From contig CAVXKO010000004.1 of assembly GCA_963762315.1 (NCBI GenBank), forward strand, positions 1,305,707-1,369,706: DNA of 64,000 nucleotides, read 5' to 3'. Origin of the DNA: an uncultured Gammaproteobacteria bacterium (GTDB taxonomy: Bacteria > Pseudomonadota > Gammaproteobacteria > Steroidobacterales > Steroidobacteraceae). The notes under the pieces are model-generated. The model searched no databases and had not been told where the DNA came from. It saw nothing but the letters and a program-made list of their open reading frames with translations. Shown here piece by piece: positions 1-9,658 of this stretch; the first letter of the stretch is position 1; every line of letters starts with the position of its first letter. Both the position numbers and the translations under genes were made by a program.

Positions 1-1392
1 ACGGGCAAAGTGGTGGCCGACTGGATCCGGGATCGCCGTCCGCCCATGGACCTCGCCGACGTCGATGTCAGGCGGGTGATGCCATTCCAGGCCAATCGAC
101 GCTACTTGCGCGATCGCACGGTCGAGACACTCGGCCTGCTGTACGCGATGCACTGGCCCTACTACCAGTACCAGTCGGCTCGCGGGGCGCGACGCACGCC
201 GCTGCACGACCGGCTGGTGGCCGCCGGCGCCTGCATGGGCGAGACCGCGGGCTGGGAGCGCCCCAACTGGTTCGCCGAGCCCGGCTCGAACCCGGCCTAC
301 GAGTACTCTTACGGTCGCCAGAACTGGTTCGATGCGTGCAAGCGCGAGTGCGAAGCCGTGCGGGACGCCGTCGGCCTGTTCGACCAGACCTGCTTCGCGA
401 AATTCCTGGTGCAGGGCGCCGATGCATGCTCGCTCCTGAACCACCTGTCGACGGCAAACGTCGACGTGGCGCCGGGCCGCATCGTCTATACGCAGTGGCT
501 CAACGAGCGCGGCGGCATCGAGGCGGATCTCACCATCACGCGGCTGGCGCCCAATGAGTTCATGGTCGTCACGTCCGCCATTTGCCAGACCCGCGACCTG
601 GCGTGGCTCAGGCGCGCCATCGAGGCCCGGCCGAACACGCACTGCACGGTGACCGACGTCACCGCCGGCATCGCGATGCTGGGCGTCATGGGACCGCGCA
701 GCCGCGAGTTGCTGCAGACACTGTCCGGCGCGGACCTGTCGAACGAAGCTCATCCGTTCGGCTGGTCGCGAGAGATCGAGATCGGCTACGCCAGGGTGCG
801 CGCGAGCCGCATCACGTACGTCGGCGAACTCGGCTGGGAGTTGTATTTCTCCGCCGAGCATTGTCTTGACGTGTACGAGCAGATTCTGGCCGCCGGCGCT
901 CCGCTGGGCCTGCGGCACGCCGGCTACCACGCGATGGGCGCCTGCCGCGTCGAAAAGGGTTACCGGCACTGGAGCCACGATATCGGGGACGAGGACACGC
1001 CGCTCGAAGGCGGCCTCGGCTTCACGGTGGCCTGGGACAAGCCCGGCGGTTTCGTCGGACGCGACGCGCTCGTGGCACAAAAAGCGCGCGGTGTACTCAC
1101 CAAGCGCCTCGTGCAGGTGATGCTCGACGATGGGTCGGAGTCAGCACCCCTGCTCTATCACGAGGAACCGATCCTGCGCGACGGCGTGATCGTCGGCTCG
1201 ATTCGTTCCGGCGCCTGGGGCCACCGCCTCGGCCGCTCGATCGGCATGGGGTACGTGAGCTGCGAGTCCGGTGTCACGCCCGAGTGGCTCTCGACGGGCC
1301 AGTGGGCCGTCGAAGTCGCGTGCAGGCCCTATCCCGGCCGGGTACAGCTGCAGCCGTGGTACGACCCCGCCAATTCACGCATCAAGCTGTGA
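1..1392 (+). CDS. C-terminal part of a dimethylglycine/sarcosine dehydrogenase-family protein (GcvT-like folate-binding domain); 5' end lies outside the window
   Basis: Frame 1 is open from base 1. GcvT-type motif YVGELGWELY is present, and the tail PWYDPANSRIKL resembles the C-termini of the paralogs at 1400..3823 and 19371..21786. Confidence 0.8.
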   Translation, partial: TGKVVADWIRDRRPPMDLADVDVRRVMPFQANRRYLRDRTVETLGLLYAMHWPYYQYQSARGARRTPLHDRLVAAGACMGETAGWERPNWFAEPGSNPAYEYSYGRQNWFDACKRECEAVRDAVGLFDQTCFAKFLVQGADACSLLNHLSTANVDVAPGRIVYTQWLNERGGIEADLTITRLAPNEFMVVTSAICQTRDLAWLRRAIEARPNTHCTVTDVTAGIAMLGVMGPRSRELLQTLSGADLSNEAHPFGWSREIEIGYARVRASRITYVGELGWELYFSAEHCLDVYEQILAAGAPLGLRHAGYHAMGACRVEKGYRHWSHDIGDEDTPLEGGLGFTVAWDKPGGFVGRDALVAQKARGVLTKRLVQVMLDDGSESAPLLYHEEPILRDGVIVGSIRSGAWGHRLGRSIGMGYVSCESGVTPEWLSTGQWAVEVACRPYPGRVQLQPWYDPANSRIKL

Positions 1393-1399
1393 GGTCCGC

Positions 1400-3823
1400 A
1401 TGAAGACGCATGCCCGTGTGGTCGTGATCGGCGGCGGCGCCGTCGGTTGCAGCGCCCTGTATCACCTCACGCAGCTCGGCGTCACCGATGCGGTGCTGAT
1501 CGAGCGCGACGAACTCACGGCAGGCTCGACCTGGCATGCGGCGGGCAACTGCCCGAACTTCTCGACGTCCTGGAACGTCATCAAGCTGCAGCGGTACAGC
1601 ACCAAGCTCTTTGCCGGGCTCGCCGAGAAAGTGGGCTACGACATCAATTACCACATCACGGGCAGCGTCCGGCTCGCGCACACGCGCGACCGCGTGGACG
1701 AATTCAGGCACGTCGTCTCGCAGGCGCACGCGCAGGGCATCGAGTTCGAGATGCTGAGCCCTGCGGAAATTCGGGAACGTCATCCGTTCGTCACCACCGA
1801 CGACATCCTGGCGGGCCTGTATGACCCGCACGACGGCGACATCGATCCGGCGCAGATGACGCAGGCGCTGGCCAAGGGCGCGCGGGACGGCGGCGCGCAG
1901 ATCTACCGCAATACCAAGGTGACCGGCATCCAGCGCATGCCCTCGGGCGAGTGGCGCGTCGAGACCAGCAAGGGCGCGATTACTTGCGAGAAGGTGATCA
2001 ACGCGGCCGGCTATCGCGGCGGCGAGGTGGCGGCGATGGTCGGCGAGTACCTGCCGATCGTGACCCTGTCGCACCAGTACCTGATCACGGAAGACATCCC
2101 GGCGCTGGTCGAGCGCGGTGCGGCGCGGCTGCCGCTGCTGCGCGACCCGGACGTCAGCTACTACATGCGCCAGGAGCGCCACGGCCTGATTCTCGGCCCT
2201 TACGAATGGAAAGCCACGGCGCATTGGCTCGACCGGATTCCCGATGAGTTTGCGAACCAGCTGTTCGACGACGACCTCGGACGGCTCGAGAAGTACATCG
2301 AAGCCGCGTGCGAGCGCGTGCCGATACTCGGCACGGCCGGAGTCAAGAAAGTGATCAACGGGCCGATCCCCTATGCGCCCGACGGCAATCCGCTGATCGG
2401 TCCTGCGCCTGGACTGCCGGGGTTCTTTCACGCCTGTGCCTTCACTTTCGGAATTGCGCAAGCCGGCGGCGCCGGCAAGATCATCGCCGAGTGGGTCGCC
2501 CACGGGCAGCCCGAATGGGACGTGTGGCCGCTTGACTCGCGGCGCTATCTCGATTTCGCCAATGACAAGTTCGTGCTCGCGAAAGCCATCGAGACGTACC
2601 AGCACGAATACGGCATCGGCTATCCGGCCGAGGAACGCCCTGCGGGCCGGCCGGCGAAATGTTCGCCGGTGTACCTGCGCCTCGCGGCGAAGGGCGCGAA
2701 ATTCGGCGCCCGCGGTGGCTGGGAGCGCGCGGTCTATTTCCCGCAGCCTTCGGACCCCAAGGGACCCGAGGTCTCGTTCCGCCGCCCCGCCTGGCACGCG
2801 GCGATTGCGCGTGAATGCGAGGCGGCGCACGAGCGCGTGGCGATCCTCGACCTGCCGGGCTTCACCAAGTTCGAGGTCACCGGGCCTGGCGCGGCCGCCT
2901 GGCTTGACCACATGGTAGCCGGCGTGGTGCCGAAAGCCGGCCGCACGGCGCTCAACTATTTCCTCAACGACAAGGGCGGCATCGTCACCGAGATGACGAT
3001 CACCAACCTGGGCGAAGGACGGTACTGGCTCATCAGCGCCGCCGCCGGCGAGCGTCACGACGAGCATTGGCTGCGCGAACACCTGCCGGCCGACGGCTCG
3101 GTCCGCGTGGAGAATCTCTCGGCACGCTACGGCTCGCTGATTGTCGTGGGGCCGAAGTCACGGGAACTGCTGGCGAAGCTGACGTCGGCGGATCTTTCGA
3201 ACGAAGCGTTCCCCTGGCTCTCCGTGCGCACGATCGCGATCGGCTACACGAAGGCGATTGCGCTGCGCGTCAACTACGTCGGCGAGCTGGGCTGGGAACT
3301 ACACATCCCCGCCGAGCACTTGCTGTCGATTTACGACCTGATCTGGGCTGCGGGCGAGCCGCTCGGCATCCACGACTACGGCCTGTACGCGATGGACAGC
3401 CTGCGCCTCGAGAAATGCTATCGCGGGTGGAAGGGCGACCTGACGACCGAGTACACGCCGTACATGGCTTCGCTCGATCGGTTCGTGAAGCTCGAGAAGC
3501 CGGGCGGCTTCATCGGCCAGGACGCGCTGCGCAAGGAAGCCGCGGCTGGACCGAAAGAACGCTTCGTGCCTCTGATCGTCGATGCGACGGATGCCGACGC
3601 GGCGGCGGTCTCGATCGTCTACGACGGCAAGACCCAGGTGGGGCTCGTCACTTCTGGCGGCTACGGCTATCGCCTCAAGCAGAGCATCGCCCTCGCCTAC
3701 TTGCGCACCGATTTCGCGGTGCCCGGCAAGGTGCTGGAGATCGAAATCCTCGGTGAGCGTCGCCGCGCCGTTGTCGGCCGCGAACCGCTCTTCGATCCCG
3801 ACAACACCCGCCTCCGCTCCTGA
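1400..3823 (+). CDS. FAD-dependent dimethylglycine/sarcosine dehydrogenase-family oxidoreductase (DAO domain plus GcvT aminomethyltransferase domain), intact copy
   Basis: ATG at 1400 (MKTHARVVVIGGGAVGCS Rossmann motif) lies 8 nt after the upstream stop. C-terminal NYVGELGWELH and FDPDNTRLRS are present. The ORF is uninterrupted, about 807 aa. Confidence 0.85.
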   Translation: MKTHARVVVIGGGAVGCSALYHLTQLGVTDAVLIERDELTAGSTWHAAGNCPNFSTSWNVIKLQRYSTKLFAGLAEKVGYDINYHITGSVRLAHTRDRVDEFRHVVSQAHAQGIEFEMLSPAEIRERHPFVTTDDILAGLYDPHDGDIDPAQMTQALAKGARDGGAQIYRNTKVTGIQRMPSGEWRVETSKGAITCEKVINAAGYRGGEVAAMVGEYLPIVTLSHQYLITEDIPALVERGAARLPLLRDPDVSYYMRQERHGLILGPYEWKATAHWLDRIPDEFANQLFDDDLGRLEKYIEAACERVPILGTAGVKKVINGPIPYAPDGNPLIGPAPGLPGFFHACAFTFGIAQAGGAGKIIAEWVAHGQPEWDVWPLDSRRYLDFANDKFVLAKAIETYQHEYGIGYPAEERPAGRPAKCSPVYLRLAAKGAKFGARGGWERAVYFPQPSDPKGPEVSFRRPAWHAAIARECEAAHERVAILDLPGFTKFEVTGPGAAAWLDHMVAGVVPKAGRTALNYFLNDKGGIVTEMTITNLGEGRYWLISAAAGERHDEHWLREHLPADGSVRVENLSARYGSLIVVGPKSRELLAKLTSADLSNEAFPWLSVRTIAIGYTKAIALRVNYVGELGWELHIPAEHLLSIYDLIWAAGEPLGIHDYGLYAMDSLRLEKCYRGWKGDLTTEYTPYMASLDRFVKLEKPGGFIGQDALRKEAAAGPKERFVPLIVDATDADAAAVSIVYDGKTQVGLVTSGGYGYRLKQSIALAYLRTDFAVPGKVLEIEILGERRRAVVGREPLFDPDNTRLRS

Positions 3824-3825
3824 AA

Positions 3826-3937
3826 ATAGGGGACATTCTTCGTTTTCTAAAAAATTGGGGACATTCTCGGTTTTCGGCAGAGTCTCCGAAAACCGAGAAT
3901 GTCCCCAATTTTTTAGAAAACGAAGAATGTCCCCTAT
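3826..3937. repeat. Composite perfect palindrome (two 52-nt arms, 8-nt loop); each arm carries two copies of a GGGGACATTCT(C/T)(G/C)GTTTT core; copy 1 of 2
   Basis: Left arm 3826..3877 is the exact reverse complement of right arm 3886..3937. A near-identical element lies at 39725..39840. It sits 3 nt after the stop of the upstream CDS. Confidence 0.9.
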
Positions 3938-3982
3938 ATTCAGAATCGTGTATAGATACCCGCACGAAGTGGTGATCGGTAT

Positions 3983-5128
3983 GTGATGCGCTGGGAGCGG
4001 CTGGTGATCAAGTCATTGGGCAGAAGACCGGACGGCCTGCGACAGGAGCGCATCGAGGCATCTCCGCTCTGGGGCGGCACTTCGTTCCGCAACATGCATC
4101 CACTGCTGTCGCGGCTGGTCAAGCCCGACATCGCAGGGCCGACGCTGAGCGCGTTCCTGTTCGAGGGCAACCGCCGGACTCCGAGCGCACCCCTGCCGGC
4201 AATGGATCCGAAGGGTCGGTGGGCCAGGAAGCCACGCAGCGGACTGCGCGCCACATGGCTCGGGCATTCCACGGTGCTGCTCGAGATCGACGGCGTTCGA
4301 GTGCTGACGGATCCGGTGTGGGGCATGCGCGCCTCGCCGTCACAATGGGCAGGACCGAAACGCTTTCAGCCGGTGTCGGTCCCGATCCGTGCCCTGCCAC
4401 CCCTCGACGCGGTCGTGATCTCCCACGATCACTACGATCACCTCGACCACAAGACCATCCTGGCGCTCGCGAAGCGCGATGTGCCGTTCGTGACGTCGCT
4501 CGGCGTCGGGGCACATCTCGAAGCATGGGGCGTGCCCTCCGAGCGGATCATCGAACTCGACTGGTGGGAGTCGTACGCGCTCCCGAAGGTGGATCTCACG
4601 GTGACCGCCGCGCCGTCGCAGCATTTCTCCGGTCGTGGCCTGCGTACGCGAAACTCCACGCTCTGGTCCTCCATGGTGCTGCGATCGCAGCGACACTCGG
4701 TGTTCTTCAGCGGCGATACGGGCCTGACGACCGAGTACGCGGCCATCCGCGAGCGCCTTGGGCCGTTCGACCTGGTGATGCTCGAGGTCGGCGCCTTCCA
4801 TCCTGCCTGGGGGCACATCCACCTCGGTCCGGAGAATGCGCTCGAGGCGTGGGCGCTGCTCGGCAAGGGCGCGTTCCTGCCGGTGCATTGGGGCACGTTC
4901 AGCCTGGCGATGCACGCCTGGGACGAGCCCGCCGAGACCCTGGTTGCGCTCGGCCCGAAGCACGGCGTGCCCCTCGTGATGCCGCGGCTCGGGGAGCCCG
5001 TGGAACCGAGCCATGTCGAGCGGGTCGCGCCCTGGTGGCGCGAGGTCGAGCGGCAACGGCCCCACGCGAAGGTCCCGCAGCCACGTGAGACGAACATACC
5101 GGCCAGCCCGCCCTGGCCGGTGGACTGA
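3983..5128 (+). CDS. MBL-fold metallo-hydrolase (NAPE-PLD-like beta-lactamase-fold family)
   Basis: Metal-binding motif ISHDHYDHLD; later FFSGDTG and HWGTF motifs typical of this fold. Start is either GTG 3983 or ATG 3986. Confidence 0.7.
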   Translation: MMRWERLVIKSLGRRPDGLRQERIEASPLWGGTSFRNMHPLLSRLVKPDIAGPTLSAFLFEGNRRTPSAPLPAMDPKGRWARKPRSGLRATWLGHSTVLLEIDGVRVLTDPVWGMRASPSQWAGPKRFQPVSVPIRALPPLDAVVISHDHYDHLDHKTILALAKRDVPFVTSLGVGAHLEAWGVPSERIIELDWWESYALPKVDLTVTAAPSQHFSGRGLRTRNSTLWSSMVLRSQRHSVFFSGDTGLTTEYAAIRERLGPFDLVMLEVGAFHPAWGHIHLGPENALEAWALLGKGAFLPVHWGTFSLAMHAWDEPAETLVALGPKHGVPLVMPRLGEPVEPSHVERVAPWWREVERQRPHAKVPQPRETNIPASPPWPVD

Positions 5129-5133
5129 GGGCG

Positions 5134-6561
5134 ATGGAACTGCCGGATGCGTTGACGCTCGCACGTTTCCAGTTCGCCTTCACGGTGAGCTTCCACATCA
5201 TCTTCCCGGCGATCTCGATCGGGCTGGCGAGCTACCTCGCCGTGCTCGAGGGACTCTGGCTCGTCACCGGCCGCGCCGTGTTCCACGACCTGTTCAACTA
5301 CTGGAAGAAGATCTTCGCCGTAGCCTTCGGCATGGGCGTGGTCTCGGGGCTCGTCATGAGCTACCAGTTCGGCACCAACTGGAGCGTTTTCTCCGACAAG
5401 GCCGGCCCCGTGATCGGCCCGTTGATGGGTTACGAAGTGCTGTCCGCGTTCTTCCTCGAGGCCGGCTTCCTGGGCGTCATGCTGTTCGGGCTGAAGCGCG
5501 TCGGCCCGAAGCTGCACTTCGTAGCCACGCTGATGGTCGCGCTCGGCACCTTCATGTCGGCGTTCTGGATCCTCTCCGTCAACAGCTGGATGCAGACGCC
5601 CGCAGGGTATGGGTTGAACGCCGCCGGGCAGTTCGTGCCGCGCGACTGGTGGGCGGTGATCTTCAATCCGTCCTTCCCGTATCGCCTGCTGCACATGCTG
5701 CTGGCCGCGTACCTGACGACGGCCTTCATCGTCGGCGGCACCGGCGCGTTGCACTTGCTGCGCGACGCGACACAACCCGCCTCGCGCATCATGTTCTCGA
5801 TGGCGATGTGGATGGCTGCGCTCGTCGCGCCGCTGCAGATCGTTGCCGGCGACCTGCACGGCCTCAACACGCTCGAACACCAGCCGGCCAAGATCGCAGC
5901 GATGGAAGGCCATTTCGAGACCCGGACGGGCGCGCCCCTGCTGATCTTCGGCCTGCCCGACATGGTCGAGGAGCGCACCAGGTTCGCGCTCGAGATCCCG
6001 AAGCTCGGCAGCCTGATTCTGACGCGCGACTTGAACGGCAAGGTGCGCGGCCTCAAGGAATGGCCGCCCGCCGAGCGGCCCAACGCGCTGCTGCTGTTCT
6101 GGAGTTTTCGCGTCATGGTCGGCCTCGGTGTCGCCATGTTCCTCATGGGCGTGTGGAGCCTGGCGCTGCGCCTGCGCCAGCGGCTCTTCGCGACTCCGCT
6201 GCTGCTCAAAGCCACGATCCTGATGAGCCCCGCAGGCTTGCTCGCCGTCATTGCCGGCTGGATCACCACCGAAGCGGGACGCCAGCCCTACACCGTCTAC
6301 GGACTGCTGACGACGGCCGACTCCGCCTCGCCCGTCGGGGCCGCTGCGGTAGGCGCCTCGCTCGCGGCGTTCGTGGTCGTGTACTTCCTCGTGTTCGGGG
6401 CCGGCGCCTTCTACATGCTACGGCTGATGAATGCACCGCCGCGCGCTTCCGAGGACGACCTGTCGCCGGGTGAGCCCCTGCGCGCCGGCGGCCTGATGCC
6501 GGCGCCGATCCTCGCCGGGGTCACAGGAGCAGCAAGACCGCAGCGGGGATCGCCATCATGA
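5134..6561 (+). CDS. cydA: Cytochrome bd-type ubiquinol oxidase subunit I (short Q-loop, CIO-like length)
   Basis: N-terminus LARFQFAFTVSFHIIFPAISIGL is characteristic of CydA. 475 aa, multi-TM, followed by an overlapping cydB. Confidence 0.9.
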   Translation: MELPDALTLARFQFAFTVSFHIIFPAISIGLASYLAVLEGLWLVTGRAVFHDLFNYWKKIFAVAFGMGVVSGLVMSYQFGTNWSVFSDKAGPVIGPLMGYEVLSAFFLEAGFLGVMLFGLKRVGPKLHFVATLMVALGTFMSAFWILSVNSWMQTPAGYGLNAAGQFVPRDWWAVIFNPSFPYRLLHMLLAAYLTTAFIVGGTGALHLLRDATQPASRIMFSMAMWMAALVAPLQIVAGDLHGLNTLEHQPAKIAAMEGHFETRTGAPLLIFGLPDMVEERTRFALEIPKLGSLILTRDLNGKVRGLKEWPPAERPNALLLFWSFRVMVGLGVAMFLMGVWSLALRLRQRLFATPLLLKATILMSPAGLLAVIAGWITTEAGRQPYTVYGLLTTADSASPVGAAAVGASLAAFVVVYFLVFGAGAFYMLRLMNAPPRASEDDLSPGEPLRAGGLMPAPILAGVTGAARPQRGSPS

Positions 6562-7562
6562 ACCTCGACCTCCCACTCGTCTGGGCGGGACTGATCGCCT
6601 TCGCGGTGCTCGCCTACGTCCTGCTCGACGGCTTCGACCTCGGCGTCGGCATGCTCTTTCCCTTCGTGCAGGGCGAGGCGAATCGCGACGAGATGATGAA
6701 CTCGGTCGCACCGGTCTGGGATGGCAACGAAACCTGGCTGGTGCTGGGCGGCGGCGGGCTGTTCGCGGTGTTTCCGCTCGCCTACGCGATCATCATGCCC
6801 GCGTTGTACGCACCGGTGATCGCGATGCTGCTCGGCCTGGTCTTGCGCGGGGTCGCGTTCGAGTTTCGCTGGAAGACCCGGCGCGGCAAGTTCCTGTGGG
6901 ACGGCGCATTCGCCATCGGCTCGACGATTGCGACGTTCGCGCAAGGCATCGCCCTCGGCGCGCTCGTGCAGGGAATACCGGTCGCCGGCCGGGCCTATGC
7001 CGGCGGATGGTGGGACTGGCTCACACCTTTCAGCCTCCTGACCGGGATCGCGCTGATCATCGGCTACACGTTGCTTGGTGCGACCTGGCTCATCCACAAG
7101 ACCGAGGGGCCGGTACGGGACAGGGCCTTCGTATTCGCCCGCATCGCGGCCATCGCGACGCTCAGCCTCATTTTCGTCGTCAGTCTCTGGACGCCGTTCC
7201 TGAGCGACGTCTTCATGAAGCGCTGGTTCGCGTGGCCCCAGGTCCTGTTCGTCGCACCTGTGCCGCTGCTGGTCGGCCTGGCAGGATTCGTCCTGCTCAA
7301 GGGCCTCGAGCAGCGCAACGAGCGCCGGCCTTTCCTCGCCTCGCTCGCGTTGTTCGTGCTGTGCTTCGTCGGCCTGCTGATCAGCTTCTATCCGTATCTC
7401 GTGCCGACTTCCGTGACGATCTGGCAGGCCGCCGCACCCGACGCCAGCCTCGAATTCCTGCTGGCGGGAGCTGCGGTCCTGCTGCCGATCATCCTCGCCT
7501 ATACGGGCTACTCGTACTGGGTCTTCCGCGGCAAGGTGAACAGCATGGGCGGTTACCACTGA
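6558..7562 (+). CDS. cydB: Cytochrome bd-type ubiquinol oxidase subunit II
   Basis: MNLDLPLVWAGLIAFAVLAYVLLDGFDLGVG is a CydB-type N-terminus. There is a 4-nt overlap with cydA. Confidence 0.9.
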   Translation: MNLDLPLVWAGLIAFAVLAYVLLDGFDLGVGMLFPFVQGEANRDEMMNSVAPVWDGNETWLVLGGGGLFAVFPLAYAIIMPALYAPVIAMLLGLVLRGVAFEFRWKTRRGKFLWDGAFAIGSTIATFAQGIALGALVQGIPVAGRAYAGGWWDWLTPFSLLTGIALIIGYTLLGATWLIHKTEGPVRDRAFVFARIAAIATLSLIFVVSLWTPFLSDVFMKRWFAWPQVLFVAPVPLLVGLAGFVLLKGLEQRNERRPFLASLALFVLCFVGLLISFYPYLVPTSVTIWQAAAPDASLEFLLAGAAVLLPIILAYTGYSYWVFRGKVNSMGGYH

Positions 7563-7684
7563 TGAACGCGCACCCGCGCCCGTCCGTCTGGACACGCCTC
7601 GCGTGGTTCGCGGCCATCTGGGCCTGCAGCGTCGCCGCGCTCGGACTGGTCGCTTTGGTGATCCGCAGCATCCTGCGCGCGTGA
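7562..7684 (+). CDS. Small (40 aa) single-TM protein of the cyd operon (DUF2474-like)
   Basis: The ATG shares one base (7562) with the cydB TGA stop. Sequence MNAHPRPSVWTRLAWFAAIWACSVAALGLVALVIRSILRA has one hydrophobic helix. The position is typical of cyd-associated micro-proteins. Confidence 0.5.
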   Translation: MNAHPRPSVWTRLAWFAAIWACSVAALGLVALVIRSILRA

Positions 7685-7694
7685 CGCGCGCGAA

Positions 7695-9587
7695 TCACTC
7701 GAACTCGATCGCCAGCGGCAGGCGAGCCAAAGCCTCGGCCGCCGAGGCGCGAGACGCCGGGTCCGCCAGTCGAATCGCCGCCACGGTGCCGAGACGCTTG
7801 TCGTCGCGCACAGTGACCGCCGCCTCGATGCCGGAAGCATGCAGCATTTCTCGGCAGACTCGCTCGATGGCCAGGTGGCGCAGTCGTGGCTTGAAGATCT
7901 TGCCGACGGCGGTCATCGGCATCTGCGGCAGGATCTCGATGCGCACCGGCACCGCCGCACGTTCGGGAACGCGTTCGGCCGCGAATTCGCGCAGCGCCTG
8001 GGCGGAAGCACCGGAACCGTCCTTCAGCACGACGTACGCGATCGGAACCTCGCCGGCGTGCGCATCGAGCTGGCCGACAGCTGCCGCGAGCACCACGTCC
8101 GGGTGCTCGCACAGCCGCTCCTCGATCATCTGCGGGTCGATGTTGTGACCACCGCGGATGATGAGGTCCTTCGCTCGTCCGGCGAGCCACAGGTACCCGT
8201 CGTCGTCGTATCGGGCGAGGTCGCCGGAGTTGAACCAGCGCTTGCCATCGGCGTCCACGACCCAGGCGCGCGCGTCGTGTGATGGGTCCAGGTAACCCGG
8301 AAAAACGTTTGGACCGCGCATCAGCAGCACCCCGATCTCGCCCGTCTCGCAGAAGCGCTGCAGGGTGGTGTCCTCGACGATTCCCACCGCCAATTCGTTG
8401 TAGGGCAATGGGAGCCCGATCGAGCCGACCTTGCGCTCGCCGCCGCCGGGATTCAGCGACGAGACCGCCGTGCCTTCGGTCATGCCGTAGCCTTCGAGCA
8501 TCCGGACGCCCGTGGTGCGCTCGAACCGGTTGAAGACCTCGATCGGCATCGGCGCCGCGCCGACGAGGCAATGGCGCAAGTTCGACAGGTCGTGCTCGCC
8601 GCGAGGCACGTCGAGCAGCGATGCATAGACCGTCGGGACGGCCATCATGGCAAAGACGTGGTGCCGGGCCAGCAGCCCCCAGAGGTTGGCCAACAGCCCC
8701 GGTGTCCGGTAACCGCCTGGGGTGGCGAGGACGACGTTGCCGCCGGCGGCCCAGACCGCCAGTCCGGTGGCGAGCGGCGCGTTGACGTGAAACAGCGGCA
8801 GGCCGCAGAACACGGCCTGTCCGGGCTCCGTGCCCAGCGTGGCCGCCACGGACCAGGCGAGAAACACCTCGTTCGCCTGAGTGTGCGGGGCGACCTTCGG
8901 CATGCCGGTGGTGCCGCCGGTGTGGAACAGGCTGGCAATGTCGCCCGGGTCGATCTGCCGAGTGAAGTCGAGGCGCGAATCAGGCTCGCGGTCCAGCAAC
9001 GTGTCGAAGTCGTGAACCGCCACTCGCCCTTGCGCTGCGTACACGCGCGGGGCGGCGGATGTAAGGAGACGCGACGGATCCACACACAACACGTGCTCGA
9101 GCGTCTCGATCTCGCCGAGGATCGGCGCGCATTTTGCCCACAGGTCGAGTCCCGGCGCGCCGGGCGCCAGCGTCACGAGCAGTCGCGCTCGCACGGTGCG
9201 CAGGATCTGCAGGATCTGCGAGGGCTCGAGCAGCGGGTTGATCGCCGCGACTCGACCCGCCGTCTCGCCGCCCCAGATTGAAAAATGCGTCTGCGGCAGG
9301 TTCGGCAGCAGGTAGGCCACGGTCTCGTGGGCGCCGAGTCCGAGGCGGTTGAAGGCGTTGGCCGCCTGGGTGATGCGCGCGAAGAATTCCCGGTAACGAT
9401 AGACGACGGGCTCCTCGTCCAGCGTGCCGCGCATCAGGAACGTCAGTGCCGGACGCTCGGCGTGAGCCGCGGCGCTCGCCTGCAGCAGGTCGTAGGTGCT
9501 GCGCTCCGTGTAGCGGCTTGCGAGCGGAATGGAATTCTGCGCGCGAACGTCCGCCGCGGAGCGAATGCTCAGTCGCTCAGGCTTCAT
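7695..9587 (-). CDS. AMP-forming acyl-CoA synthetase / AMP-acid ligase
   Basis: AMP-binding motifs LFHTGGTTGMPK and EGYGMTEGT. ATG at 9587 is preceded by a GGAGG SD. The upstream extension of the track ORF (to 9854) is Arg/Gly-rich and unlikely to be coding. Confidence 0.8.
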   Translation of the reverse strand: MKPERLSIRSAADVRAQNSIPLASRYTERSTYDLLQASAAAHAERPALTFLMRGTLDEEPVVYRYREFFARITQAANAFNRLGLGAHETVAYLLPNLPQTHFSIWGGETAGRVAAINPLLEPSQILQILRTVRARLLVTLAPGAPGLDLWAKCAPILGEIETLEHVLCVDPSRLLTSAAPRVYAAQGRVAVHDFDTLLDREPDSRLDFTRQIDPGDIASLFHTGGTTGMPKVAPHTQANEVFLAWSVAATLGTEPGQAVFCGLPLFHVNAPLATGLAVWAAGGNVVLATPGGYRTPGLLANLWGLLARHHVFAMMAVPTVYASLLDVPRGEHDLSNLRHCLVGAAPMPIEVFNRFERTTGVRMLEGYGMTEGTAVSSLNPGGGERKVGSIGLPLPYNELAVGIVEDTTLQRFCETGEIGVLLMRGPNVFPGYLDPSHDARAWVVDADGKRWFNSGDLARYDDDGYLWLAGRAKDLIIRGGHNIDPQMIEERLCEHPDVVLAAAVGQLDAHAGEVPIAYVVLKDGSGASAQALREFAAERVPERAAVPVRIEILPQMPMTAVGKIFKPRLRHLAIERVCREMLHASGIEAAVTVRDDKRLGTVAAIRLADPASRASAAEALARLPLAIEFE

Positions 9588-9658
9588 CTTCGCCTCCTCG
9601 CTGCCGCTTCTCAGTTCCCGTTCCGGTCGCGGCGCCGCGTGCGAGTGCCCACCGCCTG

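Noticed and set aside
1382-3082. Long ORFs antisense to, or out of frame with, recognised genes. Examples: 1382..3082(-), 4438..5913(-), 6411..7595(-), 10116..13295(+), 14886..16838(+), 35099..36646(-), 41541..43862(+), 47052..49190(-), 54329..56167(-).
   Set aside because: They are typical shadow ORFs of GC-rich DNA: Arg/Ala/Gly/Pro/His-rich, with no recognisable motifs. In every case the other strand or frame carries a clearly conserved protein.
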